From assembly GCA_965226785.1 (NCBI GenBank), contig CBDDEC010000003.1:387205-451204 (forward strand): 64,000 bases of DNA, given 5' to 3'. Both the position numbers and the translations under genes were made by a program. The notes beneath the pieces are model-generated. The model saw only the letters and a list, made by a program, of their open reading frames with translations. It was not told the DNA's origin and ran no database searches. Below are positions 9,876-20,186 of the stretch, piece by piece (position 1 is the first letter of the stretch; each line of letters starts with the position of its first letter). This DNA comes from Dehalococcoidia bacterium (GTDB taxonomy: Bacteria; Chloroflexota; Dehalococcoidia; UBA2979).

Positions 9876-10478
9876 GTGAGTCTGGAGCACCCTACGACCT
9901 CGAGAGCGACCCCGGGCGATTCTTCCTATGCCAGCGAGGCCAGGCTCGCCCGACGTGCACGCACCGATCGTTCCGCCTTCTCCGAGCTCTACGAGGCGCA
10001 CGCGGCGCGGGTCTATCGCTATCTGCTCGCCCGCACCTCCAGTCCGGCTGAGGCGGAGGAACTGGCCTCACGTGTGTTCCTCAACGCCCTGACCCGCCTC
10101 GATCAATACAGCGGACGCGGAAGCTTCCAGGCGTGGCTGATGACCATCGCCCGCAACCTGCTGTTCAACTGGTATCGCGACCGCGGCCGGCGGCCACCGA
10201 CCGAGGACCTCGACGCCGCGCTCGCACTCGCCGCTGACGTGCCCGGGCCCGAGGCCAGTCTCGAGCGCAACGAACGCATCGCGCGCGTGCGAGCAGCCGT
10301 CAGCGGGCTCAGCGCCGACCGCCAGCACTTGATCTCGCTGAAGTATGTGGACGGACTCCCCAACGCCGAGATCGGACGTATCATGGGGCGCAGCGAGGGG
10401 GCCGTGAAGGCGCTGCATCACCGCACACTGCGCGAACTGCAGGAGCGGCTGGGCGACCCCGAAGCCGTCGCGACCTGA
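9876..10478 (+). CDS. ECF-type RNA polymerase sigma-70 family factor
   Basis: Region 2 (FSELYEAHAARVYRYLLARTSSPAEAEELASRVFLNA ... QAWLMTIARN). Region 4 (LSADRQHLISLKYVDGLPNAEIGRIMGRSEGAVKALHHRTLRELQ). The ORF-track start at 9711 would overlap the hrcA promoter/CIRCE, so a GTG at 9876 is proposed instead. Exact start is uncertain. Confidence 0.75.
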   Translation: MSLEHPTTSRATPGDSSYASEARLARRARTDRSAFSELYEAHAARVYRYLLARTSSPAEAEELASRVFLNALTRLDQYSGRGSFQAWLMTIARNLLFNWYRDRGRRPPTEDLDAALALAADVPGPEASLERNERIARVRAAVSGLSADRQHLISLKYVDGLPNAEIGRIMGRSEGAVKALHHRTLRELQERLGDPEAVAT

Positions 10479-10495
10479 CCGCGCCCACCCTGCCG

Positions 10496-11590
10496 ATGGC
10501 GGGCACAGCGGAGGACCACACCATCAACAACGGAGCGCCGCGCGCCGGCACCTACGCAGCCCGCATCTCTGGCGTCGGCCACTACCTGCCGTCGCGCATC
10601 CTCACCAACGCCGATCTGGAACAGATGGTCGACACCACCGACGACTGGATCGTCGAGCGCTCCGGCATCCGCGAGCGCCACATTGCAGCCGACGACGAGT
10701 CCGCCAGCACGATGGGCACCGAGGCCGCGCGCATGGCACTCGCCAGCGCCGACCTCCAGGGTTCCGACATCGACCTCGTACTCGCGGGCACCTGCACGCC
10801 AGACGGGCTCTTCCCGGCCGTCGCGACGCTGATCCAGAACGAGATCGGCGCCAACCACGCCGGCGCGTTCGACGTGAACGCCGCCTGCACCGGCTTCCTC
10901 ACCGCCCTTGGCACGGCCGGTCAGTTCATCGCCACCGGCGCTGCCGAGCGCGCACTCGTGGTCGGCACCGAGACCCTCTCCCGCATCGTCGACTGGACCG
11001 ACCGCGGCACCTGCGTGCTGTTCGGCGACGGCGCCGGCGCGGTCGTCCTCGAGCGCGCCGCGGAGGGCGAGCCGGGCGGCATCGAGGCGCTGGTGCTCGG
11101 CTCGGACGGCGGCCAGGCCAACCTCCTCTACTCGCATGGGCCCTGCACGCCACCAAGCGTGATGAACGGCCTCGAACACGAAGCGAAGATCGTGATGGAC
11201 GGACGCGCCGTCTTCCGCAACGCGGTGAACGCCCTCACCGACGCGGCCCGCTCGGCGCTCGCCGAAGCCGGCCTCACCGTGGACGACATCGCGCTCTGCG
11301 TCCCTCATCAGGCCAACCTCCGCATCCTCTCGGCCATGGCCAAGAACCTGAACTTCCCGATGGACCGTGTGTTCATCAACCTCGACAAGTACGGCAACAC
11401 CTCGAGCGCCACGATCCCGATCGCGCTCTCCGAGGCCGCCGCCGCCGGGCGCATGCAACCGGGCGACCACGTGCTCTTCGCCGCCTTCGGCGGCGGCCTG
11501 TCGTGGGGCGCGATGGTCTTCGAGTGGACCGGTGTGCGCGTGACCGCGGCGGCCCACGCCGACGCGACTGCTGCCGCCTCTGCCTCCTGA
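10496..11590 (+). CDS. fabH: 3-oxoacyl-ACP synthase III (KAS III, FabH)
   Basis: Catalytic Cys in AACTGFLTALG, His in VPHQANLRI, Asn in DKYGNTSSATIPIAL. Full-length FabH fold. Confidence 0.9.
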   Translation: MAGTAEDHTINNGAPRAGTYAARISGVGHYLPSRILTNADLEQMVDTTDDWIVERSGIRERHIAADDESASTMGTEAARMALASADLQGSDIDLVLAGTCTPDGLFPAVATLIQNEIGANHAGAFDVNAACTGFLTALGTAGQFIATGAAERALVVGTETLSRIVDWTDRGTCVLFGDGAGAVVLERAAEGEPGGIEALVLGSDGGQANLLYSHGPCTPPSVMNGLEHEAKIVMDGRAVFRNAVNALTDAARSALAEAGLTVDDIALCVPHQANLRILSAMAKNLNFPMDRVFINLDKYGNTSSATIPIALSEAAAAGRMQPGDHVLFAAFGGGLSWGAMVFEWTGVRVTAAAHADATAAASAS

Positions 11591-11597
11591 CGCCCCG

Positions 11598-12929
11598 ATG
11601 ACCTCCGACGCCGCCTCCGAGGGCGCGACCGACCGCCGCGTCGTCATCACCTCGCTCGGCGTGTTGCACAGCCTGGGACACACCAGCGGCGAGATCTGGG
11701 ATGCCATGGCCGAGGGCCGCTCCGGCGTCGGCCCGATCACCCGTTTCGACGCATCCGGCTTCGCGACCACCATCGCGAGCGAGATCGATCTCGAGCGCGA
11801 CGATAGATTCCGGCCCGAGTATTGGGACGCCCTCGACCGTCGCTCGCAGTTCGCCGTCAGCGCCGCGCTCACCGCCGTGCAGCGAGCCGGCCTCAGCTTC
11901 ACCCCCCAAAACCGCGCCCAGGTCGCCGTGGTGCTGGCCTCGGAGCGTCCCGCGGAGGAGCTGCTGGTCGAGGGCGCACGGTACCTCGACGCCGGAGACG
12001 TGGCCGCAGCCGCCGAGGCACTGGCGCCGCACGCCAGGCCGCACGCGCCTTCCGAGCGTGTCGCCGCCATGCTCGGCACGACCGGCCCGGTGCTACAGCT
12101 CGAGAACCGCTCCGCCGGCGGTCTCAACGCAATCGTCGAAGCCGCGGCAATGATCCGCCGTGGCGACGCGCTGATCGCGCTGGCCGGTGGCACGGAAGCG
12201 CCGATCACTCCGCTCACCCTCGCCGCCTTCCAGGGCACCGGCGCGCTCTCAACCCGGAACGACGACCCCGGCGCCGCCTCGCGCCCCCTCGACACGTCGC
12301 GCGACGGTTTCGTGCTCGCCGAGGGCGCGGCCATCTTCGCGCTGGAAGCGCTCGAGGTGGCTGTGGCGCGCGGTGCGACGATCCTCGCGGAGATCGAGGG
12401 CCACGGCGCGACGTTCTCACCGGGCGAGGGTGGCCAGCCCGGCGCCGATCCGGCGCAGATTGGTCAGGCGATCCAGCTGGCGCTGGTCAACTCCGGGCGC
12501 ATTCAGTCAGAGGTCGACGTATTGATGCTCCACGCTGCGGGCACGCGCGACGGCGATGTGCAGGAAGCAGTGGGCGTGCGTCGCATCTTCGGCAGCGCAA
12601 CGCGGCACCACATGTACACGCCAGCACTGAAGTCACACCTCGGCCACGCGCTCGGAGCCAGCGGACCGCTGGCGCTGGCGCTGCTGCTCGAGGCCATTCA
12701 CCGCCAGGAGATCCCGGGCACGCGCAACCTCGACGAGGAGGACACCGACGTCGACCTCGACGCCAATCCGGGTGATCCGCGAGCGGACGCCGTGCTCGTG
12801 GCGATGGTCAACGCCACCGGGTGGGCGCACAACGCCTGCATCGCGCTCTGCGCGCCACGTGCGATGCGCGAAATCCCGGAGTTCGAGGCGTCCGAGGTGC
12901 TGGCAATCCCAACGCGAGACATCCCCTAA
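11598..12929 (+). CDS. FabF/KAS-II-like beta-ketoacyl synthase paralog with the active-site Cys replaced by Ser
   Basis: Aligns with FabF along its length (RRVVITSLGVL ..; ALSTRNDDPGAASRPLDTSRDGFVLAEGA; HAAGTRDGD; KSHLGHALGASG, both catalytic His retained). The nucleophile position (FabF IATACTSG) reads LENRSAGG. It starts 8 bp after fabH. Confidence 0.8.
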   Translation: MTSDAASEGATDRRVVITSLGVLHSLGHTSGEIWDAMAEGRSGVGPITRFDASGFATTIASEIDLERDDRFRPEYWDALDRRSQFAVSAALTAVQRAGLSFTPQNRAQVAVVLASERPAEELLVEGARYLDAGDVAAAAEALAPHARPHAPSERVAAMLGTTGPVLQLENRSAGGLNAIVEAAAMIRRGDALIALAGGTEAPITPLTLAAFQGTGALSTRNDDPGAASRPLDTSRDGFVLAEGAAIFALEALEVAVARGATILAEIEGHGATFSPGEGGQPGADPAQIGQAIQLALVNSGRIQSEVDVLMLHAAGTRDGDVQEAVGVRRIFGSATRHHMYTPALKSHLGHALGASGPLALALLLEAIHRQEIPGTRNLDEEDTDVDLDANPGDPRADAVLVAMVNATGWAHNACIALCAPRAMREIPEFEASEVLAIPTRDIP

Positions 12930-12983
12930 CGGGACACTCGCCGAACCGTCAGCTTCTTCGACGAACGGTCGCTGGTCGCTCGA

Positions 12984-13178
12984 CTACTCGTCGGTGAAGC
13001 CCGCCTTCACGCGGCCGGCAATCTCGTCGCTCCACGGCACCTCCGGGTGCACCTCGGCGGCGTGCTCCTTGACCGTCTGGACCAGCTCGTCGGCGTCCTC
13101 GGAGGTGGCTGTCCACTCGCAGTCGAGTCCGTGCGTCGTGCACTGGTGCTTCTTTGCCATGATCGATCCCTCTCGCAC
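12984..13178 (-). CDS. DUF1059-family small protein
   Basis: MAKKHQCTTHGLDCEWTATSEDADELVQTVKEHAAEVHPE matches the DUF1059 pattern (Cys pair plus KEHAxExH). GC3-rich codons. Confidence 0.6.
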   Translation of the reverse strand: MREGSIMAKKHQCTTHGLDCEWTATSEDADELVQTVKEHAAEVHPEVPWSDEIAGRVKAGFTDE

Positions 13179-13343
13179 TTCCGGTCGGTGGAACTCGCAC
13201 GGTAACCGAAAGGGGACGCCTCCGGGGTCTCCTTGACGCGGATTCGCTATCGCCTATCAGGGCCTCTCGATAGGATGGAAGCACCCCTTCGAAGGCCCCC
13301 TGGCGGGCCTGCGAGATGCACGAGCTGTCTGGGAAACACCTGA

Positions 13344-14006
13344 ATGGACTTCACCTGGTTGGGGCACACCGCGTTGCGCGTCCGGACGCGCAACGCGGCC
13401 ATCGTCATGGACCCCACGGATCGCTCCGGGGGCGACATGGGCCGCCCGGATGCGCATGTCGTCACCGTCTCTCACGAGCACCCTCAGCACGCCTTCGTGG
13501 AGGGCATCAAGAACTTCAACCGCGGCGACGTGATGGTCCTCAACGGCCCCGGCGAGTACGAGATCCTGGGCGTCCAGATCGAGGCCGTTGACGCGCGCGT
13601 CGCACCCGCCGGCGAGACGAACGGCGTGACGCCTGAGCCGCCATCCCCGGCTCGCATCTTCGCCTTCGCCGCCGAGGAGATGACGTTCGCCCACCTCGGT
13701 GGCCTCACCGCCGCACCCACGGGCGAGCTGGCAGAACTCCTCGCCGGCCGTGACATCGTGATCGTCCCGATCGAGTGCGAAGAGGGGCTCGAGCCTGCCG
13801 CCGCGGCGGCGATCGTGCGCGGCTTAGAGCCGAAGATCGTGATCCCAGTGGGCTACAAACCCACGAAGCAAGGCACCCCCGCCGCGCTCAAGACGTTCAT
13901 CGACGAGCTGGGCGTCGCCTCCGAGGATCCCGTCTCACGCGCCACGATCCAACGCCGAAACCTCGGCGACACGATGCGTGTGGTGCTGCTGGAGTCGCGG
14001 GGCTAG
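13344..14006 (+). CDS. MBL-fold metal-dependent hydrolase (UPF0173/Lactamase_B_3-like)
   Basis: MDFTWLGHTALRVRT ... VVTVSHEHPQHAF ... typical UPF0173 beta-lactamase-fold layout. About 220 aa. Confidence 0.75.
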   Translation: MDFTWLGHTALRVRTRNAAIVMDPTDRSGGDMGRPDAHVVTVSHEHPQHAFVEGIKNFNRGDVMVLNGPGEYEILGVQIEAVDARVAPAGETNGVTPEPPSPARIFAFAAEEMTFAHLGGLTAAPTGELAELLAGRDIVIVPIECEEGLEPAAAAAIVRGLEPKIVIPVGYKPTKQGTPAALKTFIDELGVASEDPVSRATIQRRNLGDTMRVVLLESRG

Positions 14007-14017
14007 CGCTCGAAACC

Positions 14018-15076
14018 TTACGGCAGGAAGAACATCGGGTTCTGGGGCACGCCCCAGCGGTTGAGCTCGAAGTGCAGGTGCGGCCCGGTCGAACGACCCG
14101 TGCTGCCGCTTCTTCCGATCAGCTGGCCGGCTTCGACCCACTCGCCCTTCCCGGCAATACGGACCGAGAGGTGCGCGTACCGCGTGTCGTAGCCCTCGCC
14201 GTGGTCGATGATGATGTTCAGGCCGTAGGAGAAGTTGTTCCCGCCGGAGAACGCGACGATCCCCGCCCTCGACGCGTAGATCGGCGTACTGCCCTGTACG
14301 CCGATGTCGATCCCGAGCGGGTGCCTCCAGTCGAAGTCCGAGGTAATGACGCCGAAGGTTGGCCACTGCCAGCCCGTCGGGTCGCCACTCGGTCCGATCG
14401 GTCGGAACGTCGGGGGCGCCGGCCGCGACCCGCCGACGATCAGGAGCTGTGCGCCTTCGTTGAGATCGTTGGGGTCGCTGAGACCGTTCGGCGCGAAGCC
14501 AATCACGTCATCCACGTCCGCGCCGTACAGCGTCACGATGTCGTGCAGCGTGTCGCCGACGCGCACGTCGTAGAGGATGCCCTCGAGGCTGGGGATCTGC
14601 AGCACCTCGCCGATCTGGAGCGAACCGGGGTCGGACGTGACGTCGGCGTTGTTCCACTGCACGTAGTCGACGCCGATGCCGTGAAGCGCGCCGATCGAGG
14701 AGAGCGTGTCGCCCGCCGCGACCGTGTACTCAAAGAACAGCGTGGTTCGCGACGGATTAGTCTCCGTCAGCGAGAACCCTAAGTCTGCCGTGGCCGCCGC
14801 CAGCTGCTCGGCCAATGCCGAGGTCGTCTCGAACGTGGTGTCCGCGGCAGCGACGATCGCCTCCTCCGTGACCTCGGGGGCGTAGAGCGTCAGGGGGACG
14901 GGGGCGGCCGCGATCTCGTCTGGCACCTCAAGCGGTGCGCTGGCGGCAAGACCGGGGAGCGAGAGCTGGCTGGAAGCGAGGGCCGGGGTGGCGTCGGGAC
15001 CGGGGACGGGGACCGGGAAGCGACCAAGCACCACGACGGAGAGCAAGAGCGCGCTGAGCACACCCAGCGACAGCAT
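14018..15076 (-). CDS. Secreted LysM-domain M23 peptidase
   Basis: Signal/TM (MLSLGVLSALLLSVVVLG). Two LysM-like segments (YTVAAGDTLSSIGALHGI ..; YDVRVGDTLHDIVTLYGA). C-terminal M23 (GSTGRSTGPHLHFE). The ATG at 15076 is preferred over the longer ORF. Confidence 0.8.
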   Translation of the reverse strand: MLSLGVLSALLLSVVVLGRFPVPVPGPDATPALASSQLSLPGLAASAPLEVPDEIAAAPVPLTLYAPEVTEEAIVAAADTTFETTSALAEQLAAATADLGFSLTETNPSRTTLFFEYTVAAGDTLSSIGALHGIGVDYVQWNNADVTSDPGSLQIGEVLQIPSLEGILYDVRVGDTLHDIVTLYGADVDDVIGFAPNGLSDPNDLNEGAQLLIVGGSRPAPPTFRPIGPSGDPTGWQWPTFGVITSDFDWRHPLGIDIGVQGSTPIYASRAGIVAFSGGNNFSYGLNIIIDHGEGYDTRYAHLSVRIAGKGEWVEAGQLIGRSGSTGRSTGPHLHFELNRWGVPQNPMFFLP

Positions 15077-15423
15077 CGGCCGCAGGCGCTGAGCGCGGGC
15101 CGGAGCGTCGACGTGCTGCGCGCGAACTAGCGCACGGCTCCGTCCTCGGCGCTTCCGAGTGGAGATCGTCCCTTTGATGCCCTGAGACCTCTCGCCGTCG
15201 CCGACCGCCACGCCCCCGCGGAATACGCGACGTCGGTCAGCGTCCACCCGCCCAATGCTCTGCCACCGCCAACAGGCCGGTGCCGCCCCATGCTAGCAAA
15301 GGCCGCCGTCACCTTCGACCGGTTACAGCGAAGCAATCCTTAAGTCTTGGACAGAATGACGGACGTTTTGGAAGCACCGGATGCCTAATGGCCCGATGTG
15401 CGAGAGCACCGCCGTAGAGGGGG

Positions 15424-16905
15424 CTAGATGACGTTCGTCTTCAGCGTCCCCAGGAACTCCGCGTTTTTCTCGGTACGCGAGAGGCGATCGATCACTCGTT
15501 CGGCGGCGTCGCCGGTGTCCTCTTCCATCATGGCGGCCATGCGACGGAGCAGCCACACCTGGCGCAACTCCTCCTCGTCGAAGAGCAGATCCTCGCGTCG
15601 CGTCGAGGACGCCAGGACGTCGATCGCCGGGTAGACGCGCTTCTCCGCCAGGCGGCGTGTCAGGCGCAGCTCCATGTTCCCGGTGCCCTTGAACTCCTCG
15701 AAGATCAGGTCGTCGAGGCGCGATCCGGTCTCGACCAGGCAGGTCGCGATGATCGTGAGCGAACCGCCCTCCTCCGCCTTGCGCGCCGCGCCGAAGAAAC
15801 GCTTGGGCGGGTAGAGTGCGATCGGGTCCATACCACCGGATAGCGTGCGACCAGAGGTCGGCATCGCGGTGTTGTAGGCGCGTGCGAGACGCGTCAGGGA
15901 GTCCATCAGGATCACCACATCCACGCCACCCTCGACGAGTCGCTTGGCCCGCTCGAGAGCGACCTCGGCCACACGCGTGTGGTCCTCGACCGGCTCGTCG
16001 AACGTCGAGGCGATGACCTCGCCGCGGACGGAGCGCCGCATGTCGGTCACTTCCTCCGGCCGCTCGCCAATGAGCAGCACCATGAGGTGGGTCTCGGGGT
16101 GGTTCTGGATAATGCCGTGCGCGATCGACTGCAGCAGCATCGTCTTGCCAGCCTTCGGCGGCGAGACGATGAGGCCACGCTGACCGCGGCCGATGGGCGC
16201 AAAGAGGTCGATCACCCGCTGGCTGACCTCGTCGGGCTGGGTCTCCAGGCGCAGCATGCTGATCGGGAAGATCGCCGTCAGGTTTTCGAAGTCCGGGCGC
16301 CGCTTGGCCTCCTCTGGGTCCATCCCATTGACAGCGTCGACGCGCAGCAGACCGTAGTACTTCTCCGATTGCTTGGGCTGCCGCACCTGACCCGTGACGT
16401 AGTCTCCGGAACGCAGACCAAAGCGGCGAATCTGCGACTGCGACACGTAGACGTCGCTCGAGCCTGGGAGCAGGCGCTCGCCGCGCAGGAAGCCGAACCC
16501 ATCGTCGACGACCGTCAGGACACCGCCCGAAAAGATCGTGCCATTGCGCTCGGCCTGGGCCTGGAGGATGCGGAAGATGAGCTCGGTGTGAGGGAGGGCG
16601 GCCGCGTCGTCGAGTCCGTACTCTGTGCCGCCCAGTTCGATCAGCTCCTCGCGCGACTGGTGCTCGAGGTCGCCGATATTGACCGTCGGGACATTCGGAT
16701 CGATCTCGGGCATCGGCTCCAGCGAGGGGTCAGCCTGCGGTGCTCGCCCGTTTCCTCCGCCCCCGCTGCTTCCGCGGCCTCGACGGCCGGAGCGCCGTCG
16801 TCGTGTGGGGGTATCGCCGGACGAACGTCCGCGCGTAGAGACATCAGCCATAGGTAAACCGTGCCAATATGTGTGTGCCCGTTGCGCCCCGCTGAGGGAA
16901 CGCAC
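15424..16905 (-). CDS. rho: Transcription termination factor Rho with an Arg/Gly-rich N-terminal extension
   Basis: RNA-binding domain ([18 protein letters not shown]). Walker A/B ATPase core ([11 protein letters not shown] ... [17 protein letters not shown]). N-terminal [20 protein letters not shown] segment. Start may be the internal ATG (MADVS). Confidence 0.93.
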   Translation of the reverse strand: MRSLSGAQRAHTYWHGLPMADVSTRGRSSGDTPTRRRRSGRRGRGSSGGGGNGRAPQADPSLEPMPEIDPNVPTVNIGDLEHQSREELIELGGTEYGLDDAAALPHTELIFRILQAQAERNGTIFSGGVLTVVDDGFGFLRGERLLPGSSDVYVSQSQIRRFGLRSGDYVTGQVRQPKQSEKYYGLLRVDAVNGMDPEEAKRRPDFENLTAIFPISMLRLETQPDEVSQRVIDLFAPIGRGQRGLIVSPPKAGKTMLLQSIAHGIIQNHPETHLMVLLIGERPEEVTDMRRSVRGEVIASTFDEPVEDHTRVAEVALERAKRLVEGGVDVVILMDSLTRLARAYNTAMPTSGRTLSGGMDPIALYPPKRFFGAARKAEEGGSLTIIATCLVETGSRLDDLIFEEFKGTGNMELRLTRRLAEKRVYPAIDVLASSTRREDLLFDEEELRQVWLLRRMAAMMEEDTGDAAERVIDRLSRTEKNAEFLGTLKTNVI

Positions 16906-17107
16906 GACTCCTGGCCGTTTGCTGTGCCGGAGATCAATTGAGGCCCGTCGGAGACCCCGACGGCTACTCCATGCTACCGAACCGCCGCCACCTCGACAAG
17001 GCCCGAGGCGTCACGATGCGTGATCTCCGCGGGGTACACCCCTAGGGGTTCACCCGCAATTCTCAAGGCTCGCGCGCAGCGCGGGCCTCTGCTCGCACCT
17101 GCCGGCG

Positions 17108-17755
17108 CTAGACCGGCGTGTACTTCTGCGAGTCTGCAAGGAACGCTGCGATCCCTGCATCTGTGAGCGGATGCTCGATCATACGGAACAGTACCGCCGG
17201 CGGAATGGTCGCCACATGCGACCCCGCCAGCGCCGCTTCCGTCACGTCGCGAGGCCCGCGAATGCTCGCTGCCAGCACCTGCGTCGGCAGGTTGAACTGG
17301 TCGAAGATGCGCACCGACTCGCGCACCACATCGATGCCATCATGCCCGTTGTCGTTCAGTCGTCCGATGAACGGCGACACGAACGTCGCGCCCGCGCGCG
17401 CCGCCAGCAGCGCCTGGTTCGCCGAGAAGATGAGCGTCGTGTTGACCTTGATGCCTTCCGAGCTGACCTGCCGGATCGCCTGCAGGCCAACCTCGCTCAT
17501 CGCGATCTTCACGACCACGTTCGGGTGCCACTCCGCGATGCGGCGACACTCCTCGACAAGCGGCTCGTACTCCAGCGAGATGCTCTCCGCCGAAATCGGT
17601 CCGTCTACGACCTCGGCGATCTCGAGCACCCGGTCGCGGTACTCGACACCCTCCTTCGCCAGCAGCGACGGATTCGTCGTCACCCCGTCGACCACGCCGA
17701 GGGCTGCGCCACGACGGATGTCGTCGATGTTCGCGGTGTCCAGGAAGATGCGCAT
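17108..17755 (-). CDS. tal: Transaldolase / fructose-6-phosphate aldolase (short Tal/Fsa type)
   Basis: MRIFLDTANIDDIRRGAALGVVDGVTTNPSLLAKEG. 215 aa, Schiff-base Lys in the FVSPFIGR region. Confidence 0.9.
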   Translation of the reverse strand: MRIFLDTANIDDIRRGAALGVVDGVTTNPSLLAKEGVEYRDRVLEIAEVVDGPISAESISLEYEPLVEECRRIAEWHPNVVVKIAMSEVGLQAIRQVSSEGIKVNTTLIFSANQALLAARAGATFVSPFIGRLNDNGHDGIDVVRESVRIFDQFNLPTQVLAASIRGPRDVTEAALAGSHVATIPPAVLFRMIEHPLTDAGIAAFLADSQKYTPV

Positions 17756-17791
17756 CGTTGTCTCCTCGGCATCCTGCCTCGCGAGGCAGGT

Positions 17792-18259
17792 TCAGAACGG
17801 CTTGAAGACGGGGAGCCAGACCATCACGGGGATCGAAGCTGCGACCAGCGTACCGAAGACCAGGGGGACGTTGTCTGCCAGGGCGCTGCGCAGCTCCTCG
17901 CTGACCTCGCCAGTCTTCCGCGACTGCAACGAGAGATAGTGTACCCGCCGCAGGCCAATGCCCATCAGCGGTACGAAAATGAAGACGTTCAGCGCGAGCA
18001 CGATCTGCAGCGCCAGCAGCCAGCCCGTGGCGATCACGTTGATGTCCGCGTTCGCCGCCCAGGCGTAGCCCGTCACGGCCACCGCGATCAGTCCCGGCAG
18101 CAGGAACAGGCTCTCGTTCCGCTGCGCGTCGCTCAGCAGCAGCGTCCGCTCGTCGAGGTCGGACCGGCGCCACGCCTTCCAGATCGGCACCACGGTGTTC
18201 CCGACGCCCACTGTCAAATAGAGGATCGCGAGGATGTGCAGGAACCGCAGGAGCGTCAC
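17792..18259 (-). CDS. Small integral membrane protein (DUF2269-like)
   Basis: Four predicted TM helices. Overlaps the pyrG stop by 4 bp. GC3-rich. Confidence 0.55.
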   Translation of the reverse strand: MTLLRFLHILAILYLTVGVGNTVVPIWKAWRRSDLDERTLLLSDAQRNESLFLLPGLIAVAVTGYAWAANADINVIATGWLLALQIVLALNVFIFVPLMGIGLRRVHYLSLQSRKTGEVSEELRSALADNVPLVFGTLVAASIPVMVWLPVFKPF

Positions 18260-20010
18260 GCCCCGGCGCCTCCCTCTCCGCCGCCGTCACCAAGCGCCTC
18301 GCCGCTGACCACCTCGACGGCGCCCTCGACGGCAGCGGTCCGATCCGAAGCGTGCTCCGTCGCGTGCTGGACCGCAGCGCCGACGAAGGCGCGGAACAGC
18401 GGGTTGGGGCGATTGGGCCGGCTCGTGAACTCGGGGTGGAACTGCGCACCGACCATCCACGGGTGGTCCGCCACCTCGACGATCTCAACCAGGCCGCTGG
18501 CCACGTCACGGCCCGCCACGACCAGACCGTGCTGCTCCAGTTGCGGCAGCAGCGCGCTGTTCACCTCGTAGCGGTGGCGATGGCGTTCGCGCACGACCTC
18601 CGCCTCGTCGTAGGCAGCCGCCGCCTTCGTGTCGGCGACCAGCGCGCAGTCGTACCCGCCGAGACGCATCGTGCCGCCCATGTCGACGACCTGTTGCTGT
18701 TCCGAGAGCAGGGAAATCACCGGGAACGGCGTCTTCGGGTCGGCCTCGGTCGTGTTCGCCTCGACCATCCCGGCCACGTTGCGTGCGAATTCCACGACGA
18801 GCATCTGCAGCCCGAGGCAGTCACCCAGGTAGGGGATGCGCTGCTCGCGTGCGTACCGCACGGCTTCCACCTTGCCCTCGAGGCCGCGATCGCCGAACCC
18901 CGGGCAGAGGAGGATGCCGTCGACATCGCCGATCACGTCCTCGGGCGCTCGGCTCTCCAGATCCTCGGAGTGCACCCAGTGAATGTCGATCTCGGCCGAG
19001 TGCTCCACGCCGGCGTGCACCAGTGCCTCTTTGATCGACAGGTAGGCGTCGTGTAGCTCGACGTACTTGCCGACCACAGCCACACGCGCGGAGCGCTCCG
19101 GATGGTGCAGACGCTCGACGAACGCGCGCCAGCGTTCGAGGTCGGGCTCCGCCTCGCCGAGCGTGTCACGCCCCAGCGACTCGCGACCCTCCTCCTGCTC
19201 GATCGGCTCGCCGATGCCGAGCCGCGTGGCGACGATCTGGCCCATGCCGCTCGCTTCCAGCACCAGCGGCACGTCGTAGATGGAGTCGGTCGTGCGCAGC
19301 GCGATCACCGCCTCGCGATCGACGTTGCAGAAGAGTGCGATCTTCTCGCGCAGGTCCGTGCCGACGTCATGGTCGGAGCGCGCCACGATCACGTGCGGCT
19401 GGATCCCGAACGAACGTAACTCGCGCACCGAGTGCTGCGTCGGCTTGGTCTTCAGCTCTTTCGTCGCGCCGATGTATGGCAGCAGGGTGACGTGGATCGA
19501 CAACGCCTCGCCGGGGCTGGCGTAGAGGATCTGGCTGATCGCCTCCAGGAACGGCTGGCTTTCGATGTCGCCGACGGTACCGCCGACCTCGACGACCACG
19601 ATGTCGGCGTCCATCGCCTGCCCCGCCGCGCGGATGCGGCTCTTGATCTCGTTGGTGACATGCGGAATCGCCTGGATCGTGCCGCCCAGGTAGTCACCCC
19701 GGCGCTCTTTGCGGATCACCTCCTCGTAGATCTGCCCGCTGCTCGAGGAGTTCGCGCGCGTCAGGTCTTCGTCGAGGAAGCGCTCATAGTGCCCGAGGTC
19801 GAGGTCGGTCTCGGCGCCGTCATCGGTGACGAACACCTCGCCGTGCTGATACGGCGACATCGTGCCGGGATCGACGTTGATGTAAGGGTCGAGTTTGAGG
19901 ATGGAGACGGAGAGTCCGCGGGCCTTGAGGATCCGCCCCAGCGAGGCGGTGACGATGCCCTTCCCCACACTGGAGACGACACCGCCCGTCACGAAAATGT
20001 ACCTGGCCAT
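18256..20010 (-). CDS. pyrG: CTP synthase
   Basis: MARYIFVTGGVVSSVGKGI N-terminus. Glutamine amidotransferase domain with Cys (GDCLGLQ) and His. About 40-aa Gly-rich C-terminal extension. Confidence 0.95.
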   Translation of the reverse strand: MARYIFVTGGVVSSVGKGIVTASLGRILKARGLSVSILKLDPYINVDPGTMSPYQHGEVFVTDDGAETDLDLGHYERFLDEDLTRANSSSSGQIYEEVIRKERRGDYLGGTIQAIPHVTNEIKSRIRAAGQAMDADIVVVEVGGTVGDIESQPFLEAISQILYASPGEALSIHVTLLPYIGATKELKTKPTQHSVRELRSFGIQPHVIVARSDHDVGTDLREKIALFCNVDREAVIALRTTDSIYDVPLVLEASGMGQIVATRLGIGEPIEQEEGRESLGRDTLGEAEPDLERWRAFVERLHHPERSARVAVVGKYVELHDAYLSIKEALVHAGVEHSAEIDIHWVHSEDLESRAPEDVIGDVDGILLCPGFGDRGLEGKVEAVRYAREQRIPYLGDCLGLQMLVVEFARNVAGMVEANTTEADPKTPFPVISLLSEQQQVVDMGGTMRLGGYDCALVADTKAAAAYDEAEVVRERHRHRYEVNSALLPQLEQHGLVVAGRDVASGLVEIVEVADHPWMVGAQFHPEFTSRPNRPNPLFRAFVGAAVQHATEHASDRTAAVEGAVEVVSGEALGDGGGEGGAGA

Positions 20011-20186
20011 CCATCCGCCGAACGTCAGGGAGCCCCGGTTTGTCCGATTCTACGCGAGCCCGTTCAGGCCGTCGAATCTGGGGGGCGATCGGTCACTCGA
20101 AGTAGCTGAACCGCCGGTCGATGAACGAGAGCGAGTCCATCTTGCTGGAACCGCCGCAGCACACGCGGGAGTCTTTGCCGATCCAC

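Noticed and set aside
10418-12334. 638-aa minus-strand ORF overlapping fabH and the KS-like gene
   Set aside because: It is an Ala/Gly/Arg-rich low-complexity product, antisense to two well-supported genes. Such shadow ORFs are expected at this GC content.
17030-17060. 12-bp palindrome acccctaggggt upstream of rho
   Set aside because: It is short and lies within the long rho leader. There is no supporting context for a specific role.
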